From assembly GCF_009834535.1 (NCBI RefSeq), contig NC_045707.1, forward strand, positions 57,662,001-57,726,000: 64,000 bases of DNA. Direction: 5' to 3'. The DNA comes from Camelus ferus (taxonomy: Eukaryota). A program made the position numbers and the translations under genes. The notes under the pieces were generated by a model. It was not told the origin of the DNA. It was given only the letters and a program-made list of their open reading frames with translations, and did not search any database. This document shows, piece after piece, positions 14,420 to 27,877 of the stretch (the stretch's first letter is position 1; the number at the start of each line of letters is the position of its first letter).

Positions 14420-15246
14420 TGGAAGCTTCCCCAACCTTCTGGCTCTAAGTGAAATCTCAGACCTGACGGAGAACACTACATCTTAACACTCTTAGATAAA
14501 AGGTAGCCATTTGTTTTTCTCCCATAATCCCTATAACCATAAGGCATAGAAGTCAAGTAGCTGTATTTGTTGTTTCTCTTTGCCGTACTGAGATCTCTCC
14601 TTTCTTTCTGAAGAAGCTCTAGGTGGTACCCCTCCTTAAGACAATCATCTAGGGATACCCTGCCACTTCCCCAAACATCTTAAACATTTTATCACCTGGA
14701 TGACTGGCTTCCTCTCTGTCACTCAAAGACGTCAACATCAATGGAAATGATCTGTCCAGTTCCCTGGACTCTGCATTCCTTGGTCTCCATAATTTCAGTA
14801 ATCTTTCCTTCTACTTCACTTTAACCACTAGCTTCCATGGCCACACCTGAGACCTTGCCATTACCAACAGCTGCCAGGACTTCTCTCTTTGGCAACCACC
14901 TCCTATCTTTTCAGCTCACTCACCCTTATACCAATAGTCCAACAATTCTTTGACCCTCATCAAACCTTCACTGTCCATCACCTCCCTTATATCCTCATCT
15001 CCCCACTTACTCAGGTCAGAGTCCACAGTCTGTCACTAAAACCACTTCCTAGCAATCTCCATCAACTCTTTCTAGCTCACTTTTCTGGCAAAATTCCAAT
15101 TTAGGTCAAACCAAACTCAGTATGTTAGTTCTACATCTGCCACGTTAACAGCTGAAAATGTCTGAATAAAATACCACTCCATGCTGACTAGCCTCACTTT
15201 AATTTATAACCTCAAATCTCAAATCAATCCTTTTCACTGCTTGGCA

Positions 15247-15307
<61 letters not shown>

Positions 15308-17005
15308 AGTGAATTCAGTCTACTACTCTTGTTATGTATGTTTTCACCATCTTCTCTCTTCACAAACATCTGATATCCCCTCTCTCTCCTCATTCAAAGC
15401 TGATAAACTCGCTTCTCATCTCACTGAGAAAATAAAAGCACTCAGAAGAGGACCACATACCTTCCTACCGCCCATCTTACTTTAACTGCCTTCTCTTCTT
15501 ACTCGTCTGAAACCTAGTCCTCTACCTCTGCGCTGGAGTCCACTGAATCCACGGAGTCAGAATTTCAACCTGAAGTTCCTTCCTCTGTTGTAATTTGTTT
15601 TTCTCTCTTCATTGCATTATTTCTATCACTGTATGCACTGCATACATGTGGACACACATCAGCTATTGCTCCATTCTTTCCTCAGCTCTATAATAACATC
15701 CCTCAAAATTTGCCTGTACTCATTTTCACCACTTTCTTACCCATCATGCTGTCTTAGCCCCACTTCAGTGTGGCATTTTCCTCCCATTTTTAACCATGAA
15801 ACCTACTGTCATGGAGGTGTCAGTGATCCCATCTTGCCAAACCACTCATCAGTTGCATGCCCTCATCTTACTTCACTCTCGGCAGCATTTGACATAGTGA
15901 ATAAATAGCTTCTACTTTAAATTATTTATTCATTTGACTTCCAAGACATGATCTTCTCCTGATTTTCCTCCTACTTCATTGGCAGCTCCTGCTTAGTCTT
16001 TAACTGGTTCCTCTTAGATTTCCCAAATTTGACAGATCATTCTGCCTGAGGACACAGTCGTATGCTTCCTTCACCTCTATCTTTACTCATCCTGATGTGA
16101 CTTTATCTCATCCCTTAACTTTGAGTACCAGAGACATGAAGATGCCTCCAAATTGTATATTGAATCCTGGATCCTTCCCCTGAGTTTTAAACTTATGAGT
16201 CCAATTGCCTTCATAGCAGGCACTTGGATATTTCAAATACATTGAAAATAGAACTTCTGAATTTCCTCCAAACTGCTCTCTTCCCAATACTTCATCTCAG
16301 CAAATGGTACCTCCTTCACCAAGACACTCAGACCAAAAACCTTAAAGATACTCTTGGTTTTTTTCTCTTTATTCTCACATCCAATATATTCAGCAGCAAT
16401 CTTCTAAAATTGCAAATCATATCATGTTCTTGTCTCATAATTCTCCAATAGCTTCACATAAAAATTAAACACCAAACTTCTTAGTATGGCACCCAAGAAT
16501 CTGCCTGGTCCACCTCTGCCTATCTCTCTCCCTGCTCATCTGCTAATTCTATCCCCATAACTCATAGTGTTCCCATGACTGAAATGTTCTGTCCTTCCTC
16601 AAACACATAAAGTGCCTCCCTACCTCAGAAACTTGGTAATGGCTATGCCTCCTTCCGGAACACTTTTCTTCCTTAGCCTCATCTAATTAAATCTCATACA
16701 CTAATAGTATCTCTAGGCAAATATAACCTCCTCAGATACGCCTTTCTCAGTCTTCTATCTCAAATGGCCTGCTCACTATTCTATAACTCTCTCTTGTCTT
16801 TTCCCTGATATTTTTTTCTTCAAGGAACTTACCAGTACTAAAAATCATCTATATTATTTGCCTACTGATTTATTTTCTGTGACCCTTCTAGAATGCTGAG
16901 TTCTAGGAAGGTAGAAATTTTGTCTTATTTACTGCTCTAACTACAGTGCCTAGTTCAGTGGTGGCACGTTATATGGAGTCCATAAAAAATCTGTTCAGTG
17001 AATCA
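14420..17005 (+). mobile_element. Long decayed L2
   Basis: C/T-rich L2 ORF2-like text (cagcatttgacatagtga, acttggatatt) ending ctagaatgctgagttctaggaaggtag...ctgttcagtgaat. Confidence 0.7.
15250..15304. repeat. (TA)n microsatellite, about 27 units
   Basis: Perfect TA run. Confidence 0.97.
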
Positions 17006-19239
17006 AGAAATACACACAAATGATACAGCATATATTTAAAGCAAGAGAGAAATTTATAGCAAAGGAAAATCAGTAAGACTGTATTGAACAGCTCTTTAAC
17101 TGCAGGGAGGAAAAGGGATTGGCGACGATGCTATGCTTGAATTTAATAACTCAGTGTAACTTCTGATTTTGAAAAATGCTGCTTGGAATTTGCTAAGTCA
17201 TCCCTCTGGAGTTGCCTGCCTACCACTAGTAGTAAGGATATAAATATGCATCCCTGACCCCAGGCTGATATCCTTGACATTTTTATTCATTTATCCTTAG
17301 GGGATAACCAGCGTTGGATCTTCAGGGAAAGTACAGCAAGACACATTTAATGACTTAGTGATTTTGCAGAGTAATGACGCACTTAGAGTTTTCTGAAACA
17401 GCATGGTGTTTCCAATTGTGGAAGCACTGTGTAAAATAGAAAACTCATGAATAAAAAGTAATCCTTATAATCAGTTGGAATAAAGTGGATTCATTAAAAA
17501 CTAAAAATAAGAAATAATTCAGTTCATGATGACCCTAAAATAGAAAGCAGAAAGTTACCTTGAATATGCCAAAAGATTGTTGTTTGGCACACATAGTTTA
17601 AATAGTTTATATAGAGAAAGTAAGAAATGCCATCTATTAATATGAATAAATGTATACAGTCCTGCACAAAGTTTTGATCAATATCTAAGTTACTATCCAC
17701 TAGTGATTGTTACCCCAAATCAGACTTATTCAGGCATTTGGTTAAAGGCTTGCTGTAAAGAAAACTGTATCTTAGGAAAGAAAATACACAAATATAGATT
17801 GTCAAAGGGTAATTTGTATGGGAACTTAAAGTTCTTTATGTGGTTATTGTGTCCTAAGTATGAGAAAATATAAACTAATCTCAAGTTTGTCAAATGAACA
17901 TTCTGTACTTAAAACACACAAACACACACAGACACAGACATTCAATTCACACACACACACATACAGGAAACCAATCTTGTATTGATTTTTCCTGCTTGAA
18001 CACAAGAGTATTTTACTTCCAAGCATTAGTAAACTGTAATTCCTCAATCAAGATAAAACACTTGAACAAATAATATACTATTAGTTAATTAGCAGCATTA
18101 ACTCATGGAGTAAGTGTATCTCTCAATTTCTCATGAAATATTATTAAAAAGTAGGATCTTGCTTTTTACAGTAAGAGTAGAGGATGTACTTATTGTATTT
18201 AATAAGAATATTGAGCCCCGGGAACAGATAGTTGCTTCTGAGCACACTCTGCTTCAAATGACACCTTGAGACTCTACTTAAAATTCTAGCTTCCTTTTTT
18301 TTTTTTGCAAAAATAACTAAAATTGGTGGCTCAATAGTAGCAAACATGACCTAGGAAAAGTCACTAATGTAGATTTCATTGCCCACTATGTCTATCCAGA
18401 CAGAGGATTCACAGATCTCAAGAGTACACAAACTTAGGACAGAGAGCTGGAAATTAGGCATTTGGATGTTGAACCCTATGCCCTGTTGTTAGGCCTCTTT
18501 TGCTTCTGAAGAATCTAACGTCAAAATGACCCAGTTATACCCACCCACATGGGTGGGCTAGTGAGCCCTAGAATAAGTTGTTTCTCTTTCTTCTTATTTT
18601 TCTTGCTACATCAGGAGCCCTGAGATGGGAGGGACAGGTTTACCTTCAAGTCTCAACATTATTTCTCACCTACTATGATTTTTGAATCATTTTACTCAAA
18701 TATTCCTAAGTTTCCTCATATTATGTAAAATAAAAGGTTCTGTGCATCTTCTAAGACCCCTTCCAAAACTAAAATTCTCCTTTTGAATTAGACTTCATGT
18801 TAAAGTCTCATATTTGTATGTATACATGTATTATATATATACATGCATATATATATTATCCTTGCCTTAGAATTAAGGTCATACAACAAATAAGAAAATG
18901 AAAATTAAATTTATTTTTTCAAGACTAAGGAAAAGATTGCATGTAATAATTAGCAAAAAAAAAAAAAGATTGTTTTAAAAATAATCATTAAATTAAGGTG
19001 TTCTTGATGCTGAGACCATTTACGAAGTGTAGTATTTAATAAGCACTCATGAATATGGTGACTGTTTAACGGCACAACAGGCTGTTTGAAAGTTCTTACT
19101 TTCCTTCCTCATACCTTGCCAAGCCGTAACTGCAAAATATCACTGCAACAATGAACAGAAAGATCCTAGATCTATTTTACTAGCTTCATTGATGGCTTCC
19201 GAAAGGGCATGTATTGTGAAAGGTAATGGGTGTTATGGT

Positions 19240-19420
19240 CAGATGGATTTGGGTTCCAATTCCAGCTTCATCACTTACCAGCTGGGTGACCTTCAGCAAT
19301 TAAACATCCAGTGATTAATATCAATTTTAGGAGGGTGGAAATTCATCATCTTTTACAGTAAAAATAATAAATAATAATACGGGGCTAATAAAGCCCCGCA
19401 AGGATTGCTATGCTGTAAAT
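19240..19420 (+). mobile_element. MIR
   Basis: gatttgggttccaattccagcttcatcacttaccagctgggtgacctt. Confidence 0.65.
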
Positions 19421-20370
19421 TATTTGTTGACTGTTGAAAGGATGAATTTCTCAGACCTCATTAGTAATGAAGATAATTTCTTTATTCTAAAATTTAAAAG
19501 GCAATTTTTGTGAAAGCCAATAGCAGAGCCCATGGTATGCTGCAGGGACTTAGAATATGCTTGTTTCTTTCCCTGACACAGTGTAAAATAAAACTCGTTA
19601 GGGTAGATGTTTTTCTCAAAAATACTTATTTCCAGTACAATATTTACAAAATCAATGAAGCATGCCAATATATATAATATCAATTAAATTATACTTTAAT
19701 TGATAACTCAGGATGACAAAAAAATGCTCTTTTCATTACTGTCTTATTCCTGCAATTACAACTATTGCCATTTGCTATGGTCACTCTCATGTGATCTCAT
19801 TTTATTAATTTCTGTGACCAATCTCAAGAGGATACTTTTGCTTAAAGGTAACCTACTGTATTAGATTCCTAAATCCTCATGGTCAGGGACAGGGCCTCAC
19901 ATATAGCATCTGGATGAACTATAAGAAATTGCTCATATTTGGCCAACTATGACATATAGGAATAGCAACTCAATGTGCTTCAGCCAGTAGCTAGTCAATA
20001 AATATTTATTTTTTTAATGTATGGATAAAACAGTAACTTTGCATTTACTTTTTAATTCTAGGCATATACTGTAGAGTTGGCCCAAAAGTGATGCTCCAAT
20101 GCATGATTATAAGCATAATATAAACAACTCACTAAGATCATCAGGCAAATGTCTCGCTTTGCTCCTGCATCACTGTAACACACTAATTCCTTGCTTGCAT
20201 TGTTTATTTTATATGAGATATATCCCCTGCCCACCCAACAACCTCTACAACGTCCATTCCACCGACTCCATAATATTCAGGTCAAATGTTGCCTCCTCTA
20301 TACGGCTCCCCCAGGCATGCTCTTTCTGTGCTCCGACTCTGCACCTCTATCTATAAACACACCTCAGGAA

Positions 20371-20585
20371 TGTGTGTGTATGTGTGTGTGTGTGTGTGTG
20401 TATGTACACACCCTCGTATGTACACATATGTATAGAATTTGCATACATAGCCTACATACATCTATAGATACATATCTGAACACATCTACACGTCTGTCTG
20501 TACATGTATTTGTATAAATGCAGATACATCTATATAGATAGATGTATATGGATGTATAGAGAATGTATATGGATCATACATACTA
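20371..20585. repeat. (TG)n followed by purine-pyrimidine low-complexity sequence
   Basis: TG run 20371-20401 and degenerate TA/CA repeats. Confidence 0.8.
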
Positions 20586-20713
20586 TAGGAATCTGTTCTT
20601 ATGAGTATGTCCCTGCTTTTACCTATTTTGAAAGGAAGTAGTTATCCAACCCCAAATTTAGAAGTACACTGAAAGGACCTTTGATTTCTCAAGGTATTTC
20701 ATTTGAAAAAATA

Positions 20714-21675
20714 ACATACTGTCCGCCAAGACTGAATCAAGAAGAATCTGAACACTTGAACTAACTGATCACTAGAAAGGAAATAGAAATAGCAATTAAA
20801 AACCTCCCTACAAATAAAAGTCCAGGACCGGATGGCTTCACCGGGGAATTCTACCAAACATACAAAGAAGAACTCATACCAGTCCTTCTCAAACTCTTCC
20901 AGACGATTGAAAAGGAGGGAATACTCCCAAACTCATTCTATGAAGCCACCGTCACTCTGATACCAAAACCAGGCAAAGACACTACAAAAAAAGAATTATA
21001 GGCCAGTATCACTGATGAACATAGATGCCAAAATCCTCACCAAAATATTAGCAAATAGAATCCAACAACACATAAAAAAGATTATACATCATGACCAAGT
21101 GGGGTTCATCCCAGAGACACAAGGGTGGTTCAACATACGCAAATCAATCAATGTAATACATCACATCAACAAGAGAAAGGACAAAAACCACATGATCATC
21201 TCAATCGATGCAGAAAAAGCATTTGATAAAATTCAACACCCATTAATGATAAAAACTCTCACCAAAGTGGGTATAGAGGGAACATATCTCAACATAATAA
21301 AAGCTATATATGACAAACCTACAGCCAGCATGGTACTCAACGGTGAAAAACTCAAAAGCTTCCCACTAAAATCTGGGACAAGACAAGGATGCCCACTATC
21401 ACCACTCCTATTCAACATAGTTCTGGAAGTCCTAGCCACAGCAGTCAGGCAAGAGAAAGAAATAAAAGGGATCCGAATTGGAAAAGAAGAGGTAAAAGTG
21501 TCACTATATGCCGACGACATGTTACTATATATAGAAAACCCCAAAAGGTCCACACAAAAACTGCTAGAGCTGATTTAAGAATTCAGCAAGGTAGCAGGTT
21601 ACAAAATTAACGTTCAAAAATCTGTTGCATTTCTTTACACTAATGATGAATCAACAGAAAAACAAAGTAAAGACA
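20714..21675 (+). mobile_element. Relatively young internal L1 ORF2 fragment (RT domain)
   Basis: 187-aa [11 protein letters not shown]...[21 protein letters not shown]...SLYADDM; frameshift near 20995 and stop at 21576; no 3'UTR or poly(A). Confidence 0.95.
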
Positions 21676-21889
21676 CTGGTTTATTTTAGAGTTTCCTTAT
21701 AGATAAATCAGACTGTAAAAATTTCCACAGCAAGTCTTTTCCCACGTTACCAGGAAAAGCATAGAAATTCCTGGATTATACGAAACAGAATAATGAGAGA
21801 TTCTAGATTATGTAAAATACAAACAAGGTGACAAATGTCTGCTGTGTACATTTCATTAATATATATTAAACAAATAAACAAAAACTTAC

Positions 21890-22171
21890 CAGTCTCAGAA
21901 GTCCTTACAGAGAGTAAAGAAGACAACCGATTGCCGTGACCAACCCTGGTATACGATCTTACGGAAATGTTATAGAGGGTGTAAGGTTTTAAGCCCCTTA
22001 AAATTACATCTGTGGTTGAAGTGTTCTTCATAAATAAGGTATCCAGATTTTTACAGAGTACTTCATAGGCAACAATAACCCCATTGGGTTTCTCAGGTGG
22101 TAACCACTTCAAACTTATTTCACTAGCAGTAACATCAGTAACTTCAACATCTTGAGGGGATGATTCTGGTT
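21890..22171 (-). CDS. PTPRQ: Coding exon 14, one complete FN3 domain
   Basis: cttccag|, |gtaagt, 282 nt, phase 1-1: [30 protein letters not shown]...[14 protein letters not shown]...VRTSET. Confidence 0.96.
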
Positions 22172-22313
22172 CTGGAAGAAGGAAGCACAATTTTAAACGT
22201 ATGTATTTTCTCGTGCTGACTGCTTGAGACACGAATGGCAGCATGAGGTCGATGGCAGTAAGCATACAAAACCACTTGCTTCTTGATATTAAAATTGCAT
22301 CCAACGTTCTTAC

Positions 22314-22421
22314 CGTCTTCTGGAGTCCTCACAAAGATGTCATTTTCTTCAGACAAAGAACTTTCTCCAACATTGGTTGAGGCAGCCACTCTCATTTTAT
22401 ATTTCGTGTATTTCTTTAACC
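22314..22421 (-). CDS. PTPRQ: Coding exon 13
   Basis: cttatag|, |gtaaga, 108 nt, phase 1-1: [35 protein letters not shown]. Confidence 0.95.
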
Positions 22422-23033
22422 CTATAAGGACAACAGGCGATTTGTTTAAAGTCCTTAAAATAGCACTCCTGGATCAGTGCCAGCTAACATAGGACTAGTG
22501 AAAATGACTTCTTGGGGAGACTGGTTCTCCACATCAGCCTCCTTATAACCCCAATCTCCCCAGCTTCCTTGGGATGAGAGCCTTTGCCTGTTGATGATGT
22601 TTTAGTTCTTTCCTAAAATATAAAGGCAACAATCTGAGGGTGAAAACATAATTTTTGGCACACTGGGAGGAATGTAGTTGATTTGGCACAAACACCACAT
22701 CAGCTCAACTACTTTAGCTGATTGTCACATACAATCAATCAAACCTTCATTCCTGAGTTATTTCGATGTACCAGGCACAAAATTCCCTGAGCTATATATT
22801 CCTAAGATATTTGTGGTCTGATGATTTTATTTCTTAGCAGATAAATACAGTTAAAGAAAAACACATTTAATCAAGTTATTTCTGCAAGTATTTTTCAAGA
22901 CATCTATGGGAGCATAGCACGACAAAATCTGAATGATGCAACATGTATCCTGCAGTGTTTAAGGCAAAGAGAGATGTATATTTTCCATCAGAAGAAGAAT
23001 GTTAAAACAGAATGAAACAAAACTTTGTTCTAC

Positions 23034-23213
23034 CTGTTATGAGAAAGCTGTTGTCTAAAGTAGTCATCTGGAATGCTCTGTTTGTATCCAGTTCCACTGC
23101 ATAAATTGTATAATGAGTTATTTTTCCATTGGGATATTCTGGAGGATCCCAATATAACAAAATAGATGAAGAGCTAATATTTTTATAGTTTATAACTTGA
23201 ATGGAGCTTGGCA
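23034..23213 (-). CDS. PTPRQ: Coding exon 12
   Basis: ttctcaag|, |gtagaa, 180 nt, phase 1-1: [37 protein letters not shown]...SFLIT. Confidence 0.95.
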
Positions 23214-23318
23214 CTTGAGAAGAAGAATGAGCAATTAATATGAATGAAAAGAAAAAGGATTACAAAGGTCAAGAGCAATAAATATTTGGTAATTGTTTCG
23301 AATGAAATACACTCTTAC

Positions 23319-23480
23319 CTTGCTCATGTGTCCTAACATGGAGAACCGTTGGTGGTCCTTCTCCCATGATGGTGAAAGCAGATACACTAATCATGTGTTC
23401 AGTGAAAGGGACAAGCCTCCTGATAACGTAAGACAGCTGTTCGGCCGCAACGTCCATGATGTACTGATTCCTTGCAGTTC
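23319..23480 (-). CDS. PTPRQ: Coding exon 11
   Basis: aaacag|, |gtaaga, 162 nt, phase 1-1: [53 protein letters not shown]. Confidence 0.95.
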
Positions 23481-24873
23481 CTGTTTGAAATTAGTTTTTA
23501 AAAAAAATAGATGTTTGGCTTCATGATCAAAATTATTTTTACCCACAGAGTAAAATCTTAAACCAGATTTCCCAATGTCTCCATGTAATCCTTTATATAA
23601 AAGGTAGATACAGAATTAATAACAGACATGCTGAATATATCCCAACAGTATCTATAAACATTTTGTGCTCATAATATAGTTTTGTTAGTTGTTATTAACT
23701 ATCCTAGACATGAAGTGAGTGTTTTGAGAAAACATCACTTTCTACAAAAGACGGGCTAGGAATTTTTTTCTGAAAAGACAATTAGGCAAAAAATGAAATT
23801 GAAATATTTTAAGTCAATGTTGGGTTATACTATGAAAATCACAGAAATAAGACTTTATGTGAACTCAAAATTCACCATACATTTGCTAAACCCGTTAATG
23901 ATTTAAGGCAAGCATGCTTATGTAACTGTCACATAAATGTATCTAGATAAGGATTTCAAAAAAATGTTGGGTTTTTTTTTTTTCCACTTACTTAGAACTT
24001 GTGCTTCCAACAATGTTGATTAGCATTTAGACCAAACTAAGTATTTAAGAAAACATCTGTATCAGAAATCATGGGCCTCTTAAGTTTTAGTGTTGCCCCA
24101 GTCTTCTTTGCACAGGAAAAACAGACCAGTAAATGAAATAAGCATATATTGAATGTAATGTGATACTTCTGACTAATTCTACCATCAAGAAAATAATGTC
24201 ACTTACTTTTAATTTGGAATGGGACAAATATCAAATCGGAGAAAAAGCAACAACAAAAAAATTCTTCTCACTTAGCCTTTTAGAAGAACCAGAGAGATCA
24301 TTTAGATGTGTGTCTTCTAACCGAGTCTTTTTAAATTTTCTATATATGACACTGTCCTTTTAGAAACTGTAAGATCCACTGACCCTGAGGAGCAAGTGCA
24401 CACACTAATGACATCACCACGTCGTCGGGGTCGCCTACACCTGTTTATCACCCCATGCGCTAGAGTTGTAACTTTCTGACCTATTTGCCTTCAGTGACAT
24501 TTGAAAACCTATTAGTCAAAAGCTGCAGAGAGTGTGAGGCCTGTAAATGATTTGAAGATATGTTAATCCCTCCCCATCACACCTGCTTTGGCAACTGTAA
24601 CAACTGATTGTCTATGCAGCTTGGCCAGACTCTAGGGTGCTACTTTTCCTCCGAGGAAGGTCAGATGGGTTAGGAGGGGCCAGCTCCTGCCTGTGTGGCA
24701 TTTCCATTTGCTGCATGAGGTTATCCAACAGTTACAGAAGAAAAAAAAAAATCTGGCTCCATCTCATGGACCATTAATAACTGGGTTGAACTCCCAGCTA
24801 AGGTTCATATCTGTGCCGGCTAGTACTAGTAGTTTAAATAAGCTTCACAGAAAAAAAAGAAAAATGCACCTAC

Positions 24874-25054
24874 CAACTGTTGAAGGCTGGTCATCAGCTC
24901 TACTCCTCGCTGGGAAGTTACTATGTGGGTGACTGTTGTACATAACCGAAGCAAGCAAGTGCAGGTCAGAAGACATCTCTGCTGAACCTTCAAATAATCC
25001 TGCCATTGACTCTGCTATATTCACAGCTTCTGGAGCCAGGGGGTCACTTATATA
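24874..25054 (-). CDS. PTPRQ: Coding exon 10, non-FN3 insert (absent from the ORF track)
   Basis: aattacag|, |gtaggt, 181 nt, phase 0-1: [60 protein letters not shown]; needed to bridge the phases of exons 9 and 11. Confidence 0.93.
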
Positions 25055-25999
25055 CTGTAATTAAAAACAGATATTTACAAAGACTGCTTGCGACACTTAT
25101 GCTTAATAATGGCTTCACTCAAGCACTAATTCCAAAAATCAGTAATTTTGAAATCACGTTTTTAAAAAATAATATTATTTCCATGACTACTGTTGCCTTT
25201 ACATTCTAAGATTTCATTCTAAAGCTACTAAAAATCCTGCATCATTGTAACACACTGTGATCACTTCCATATCTTAAGAGTCCAATACCATATTGTGGGA
25301 AGAAGCAGACATTTGTTTCTGACCTGAGTTAGTTTCCTTATGGTAACATTACACATCCTCATGCAAAGGTTTCACGGCTAAAATATTTTAACTGCTCACC
25401 CCTCAAAAGTAAGTGTTCTAGGCATACTGCCTTATTAAAATGTGTTTTGCTTCATTATCTACGTGTCCTTATTTGCACACCAGGAGTGAGCAGCCTGAGT
25501 GCCTACTGGGTACATGTCAGTAATAACAGTTTAACTGAGTGACGTTACAGACATGATCAAAACTGCATGGCAATTGTTTTCAAACAGGGTTCACGGCAGA
25601 CCTATCCAAGGCTCTGAACCTAAGCAATATTTTAAGTAACTGATTGTTCCTAGATGCCAAAATGTGTTTTATACATGTGACGTTCACCAAAGTAGCAGAT
25701 ACTAAAGTGAAATCAAAAACATCAGAAAATTTTTTTAAAAATTAAATAAAAATCTTAAAAAATTAAAGATAAATAAAAATTTTAAATTTAATTAAAAAAG
25801 AATTATTAAAAACATCAGGAGAAGATTACAGATATATACAGTAGAGTTTTATATTGGGACAATAAGAAAACTCTCTTCCTTCTTTTCCACACAACAGAAT
25901 GAGAAAAGGGTGTTTTGGCCAAATAATATTAGATATTTTGTGTAGATCATCAACCTTGAAGATAAGGCTAAAGATTAATCAAAGAAAATGTTGCCTTAA

Positions 26000-26390
26000 C
26001 AGGCTTAACAACCAAATGCAATGTGTGGACTTGATTCTAAGTAGAACATACCTACCAGTGTAGGCTCTGAAGATACCCAGGGAAACGTGAGTATGGGCTG
26101 ATACCAAGACAAGATTAGTAGTTTTGTCAATTGTGGTAATGGAATTATGGAATCAATTAAAATGTCCATGTTTTGGGGGACCCATTCTTAGGCATGTAAG
26201 AGCAAAATGACATGAAGTCTGGAATTTATTTTAAAATATGTCTGCAGCAGCAGCGACAGACAGCGAAGGCAAGAAAAGCAGCATGTTGATAATTATTGTA
26301 TCCAGGTCATGGGTTAACATGGGCTCATGATACTCTTTTTCTCCTTTTATATCTGTTCAGACTTTTCCAAAAATAAAGAGTTTTGAAAAA
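26000..26390 (+). mobile_element. Old L1M 3'UTR fragment
   Basis: acaaccaaatgcaatgtgtggacttgatt...atgacatgaagtctggaattt...aaaataaag. Confidence 0.6.
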
Positions 26391-27672
26391 AGAAAATGTT
26401 GCAAGAACTACTCTTTTTGTCACTTCCTTTTCAAGTGCTTCAAAACTCACCTCTGAACCCTTAAAAAAAAAAAAATTCTATTCCTTCTCAATTTCAGCCT
26501 CTTGTGCCCTCAAAACTTATAACTCATAATACAGGTTTTATTCATTTATAGACTTTGGTACATCTTTTAATTATCTGACATGTTTTTGGGTTGTGTTTAC
26601 TCCTAGAGCTAGAAACAAGTTTTTAATTCCTTACTGACAAAGTATTAGTATTTTTTAAAAATAGTAGATGCTCAGGAAAAATCTTGGGAAGGCAAGAAAT
26701 TTTAAGACAGTTTAACTTATTCAACTAGCCACAAATACAGGCCATTTAAATGTTAACTTTTCTGAGAAAATAAAAGAATGAAGAAAAGATACACATTAAT
26801 CTCCAGTTCTCCAAATGATACTTATAAAATAAAATTTTCTAAATCTTGTTATATCATTAGCCAGAAAAGCATTGTGATACAAAGCAGAGATATACCTATA
26901 AAATACCTTTATCATAAAATATTGTGGCGAAGCCCTCTGGATAGGGAACTTTATATGGGACAAACTAAAGATCTTCTGTCTGCCAAGGCATACTTCAGCT
27001 CTGCCTCCACAGAGAAATCAGAGAAGACATGAATCACAAACACATAATTCAGAGATGCTCTGGTATTCCAGTCAATAGTTTGTGCCTTGACCACACAGCT
27101 GTTTCCACTATCAATCAGTCACCCTTTGAGAATGTACTGTGTACAAAGAACTGTAGAAGGTAAAACAGGGTAGTACAGAGAAATTCCCCCTGAACTGTGA
27201 CTTTGCATTAAATCTCTCAGTATTTTATACTCATCTCGGATAAATTATTGAGAGTTAAACCATAGTATCCCATCAATTAACTAAGTCAAGCATCTCTGTT
27301 GACAAACCGCTATTTCAGCCTAAGAGTTGACCTGAATAATTCTGACTATCTGAATTTCTCCCAAATTCACTGGAATGACCCTCCCTAACTACAAGTGGCT
27401 TGAACACTGGTTTTATAGAACCCCAGAGTGTTATTATCACCAAGTGTACTATGTTGTGAATAGTTACCACATTTTGCCTCTTTTTTTTTTTTAAAGTATT
27501 AGGTATTAAATATTTCAAAAGATTAAAAAAATAACTTTAGAGCAAAAATCATGGTAAAGAATCAGAACTTAAGAGAGTAATGGGAAGGGACTGAGAGAAG
27601 CATGTGAGGAAATGAGGGAAAGAGAAGGGAAAAGGGCCTGTCACAACTCCCCAAACTTTTGGACTCTGAGTC

Positions 27673-27877
27673 CAGTGTCCTCAGCCTCAGCACCACTGAC
27701 ATCCTGTGTTAGATAATTTTGTGTTATGAGGAATTGTCTAGGGCATTGTAGGAAGTTTAGTAGCATCCCTGGTTCCGCCTACTAGAAGCATCTTCCCAGA
27801 AGTGACAATGAAAAATGTCTCCAGAGATTGCCAAATGTCTCCTAGGGAGCAAAACTGGCCCTGGTTGAGAATAACTG
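27673..27877 (+). mobile_element. MER20 (hAT-Charlie)
   Basis: tcagcctcagcaccactgacat...gtgacaatgaaaaatgtctccagagattgccaaatgtc...ggttgagaataactg. Confidence 0.85.

Noticed and set aside
21015..21578. 187-aa reverse transcriptase ORF as a novel RT system
   Set aside because: It is ordinary L1 ORF2, bounded by a frameshift and a stop
21747..21889. In-frame read-through past the exon 14 donor giving a hydrophobic tail
   Set aside because: The donor is strong (gtaagt) and T-rich introns give hydrophobic translations by chance; no transcript evidence is available
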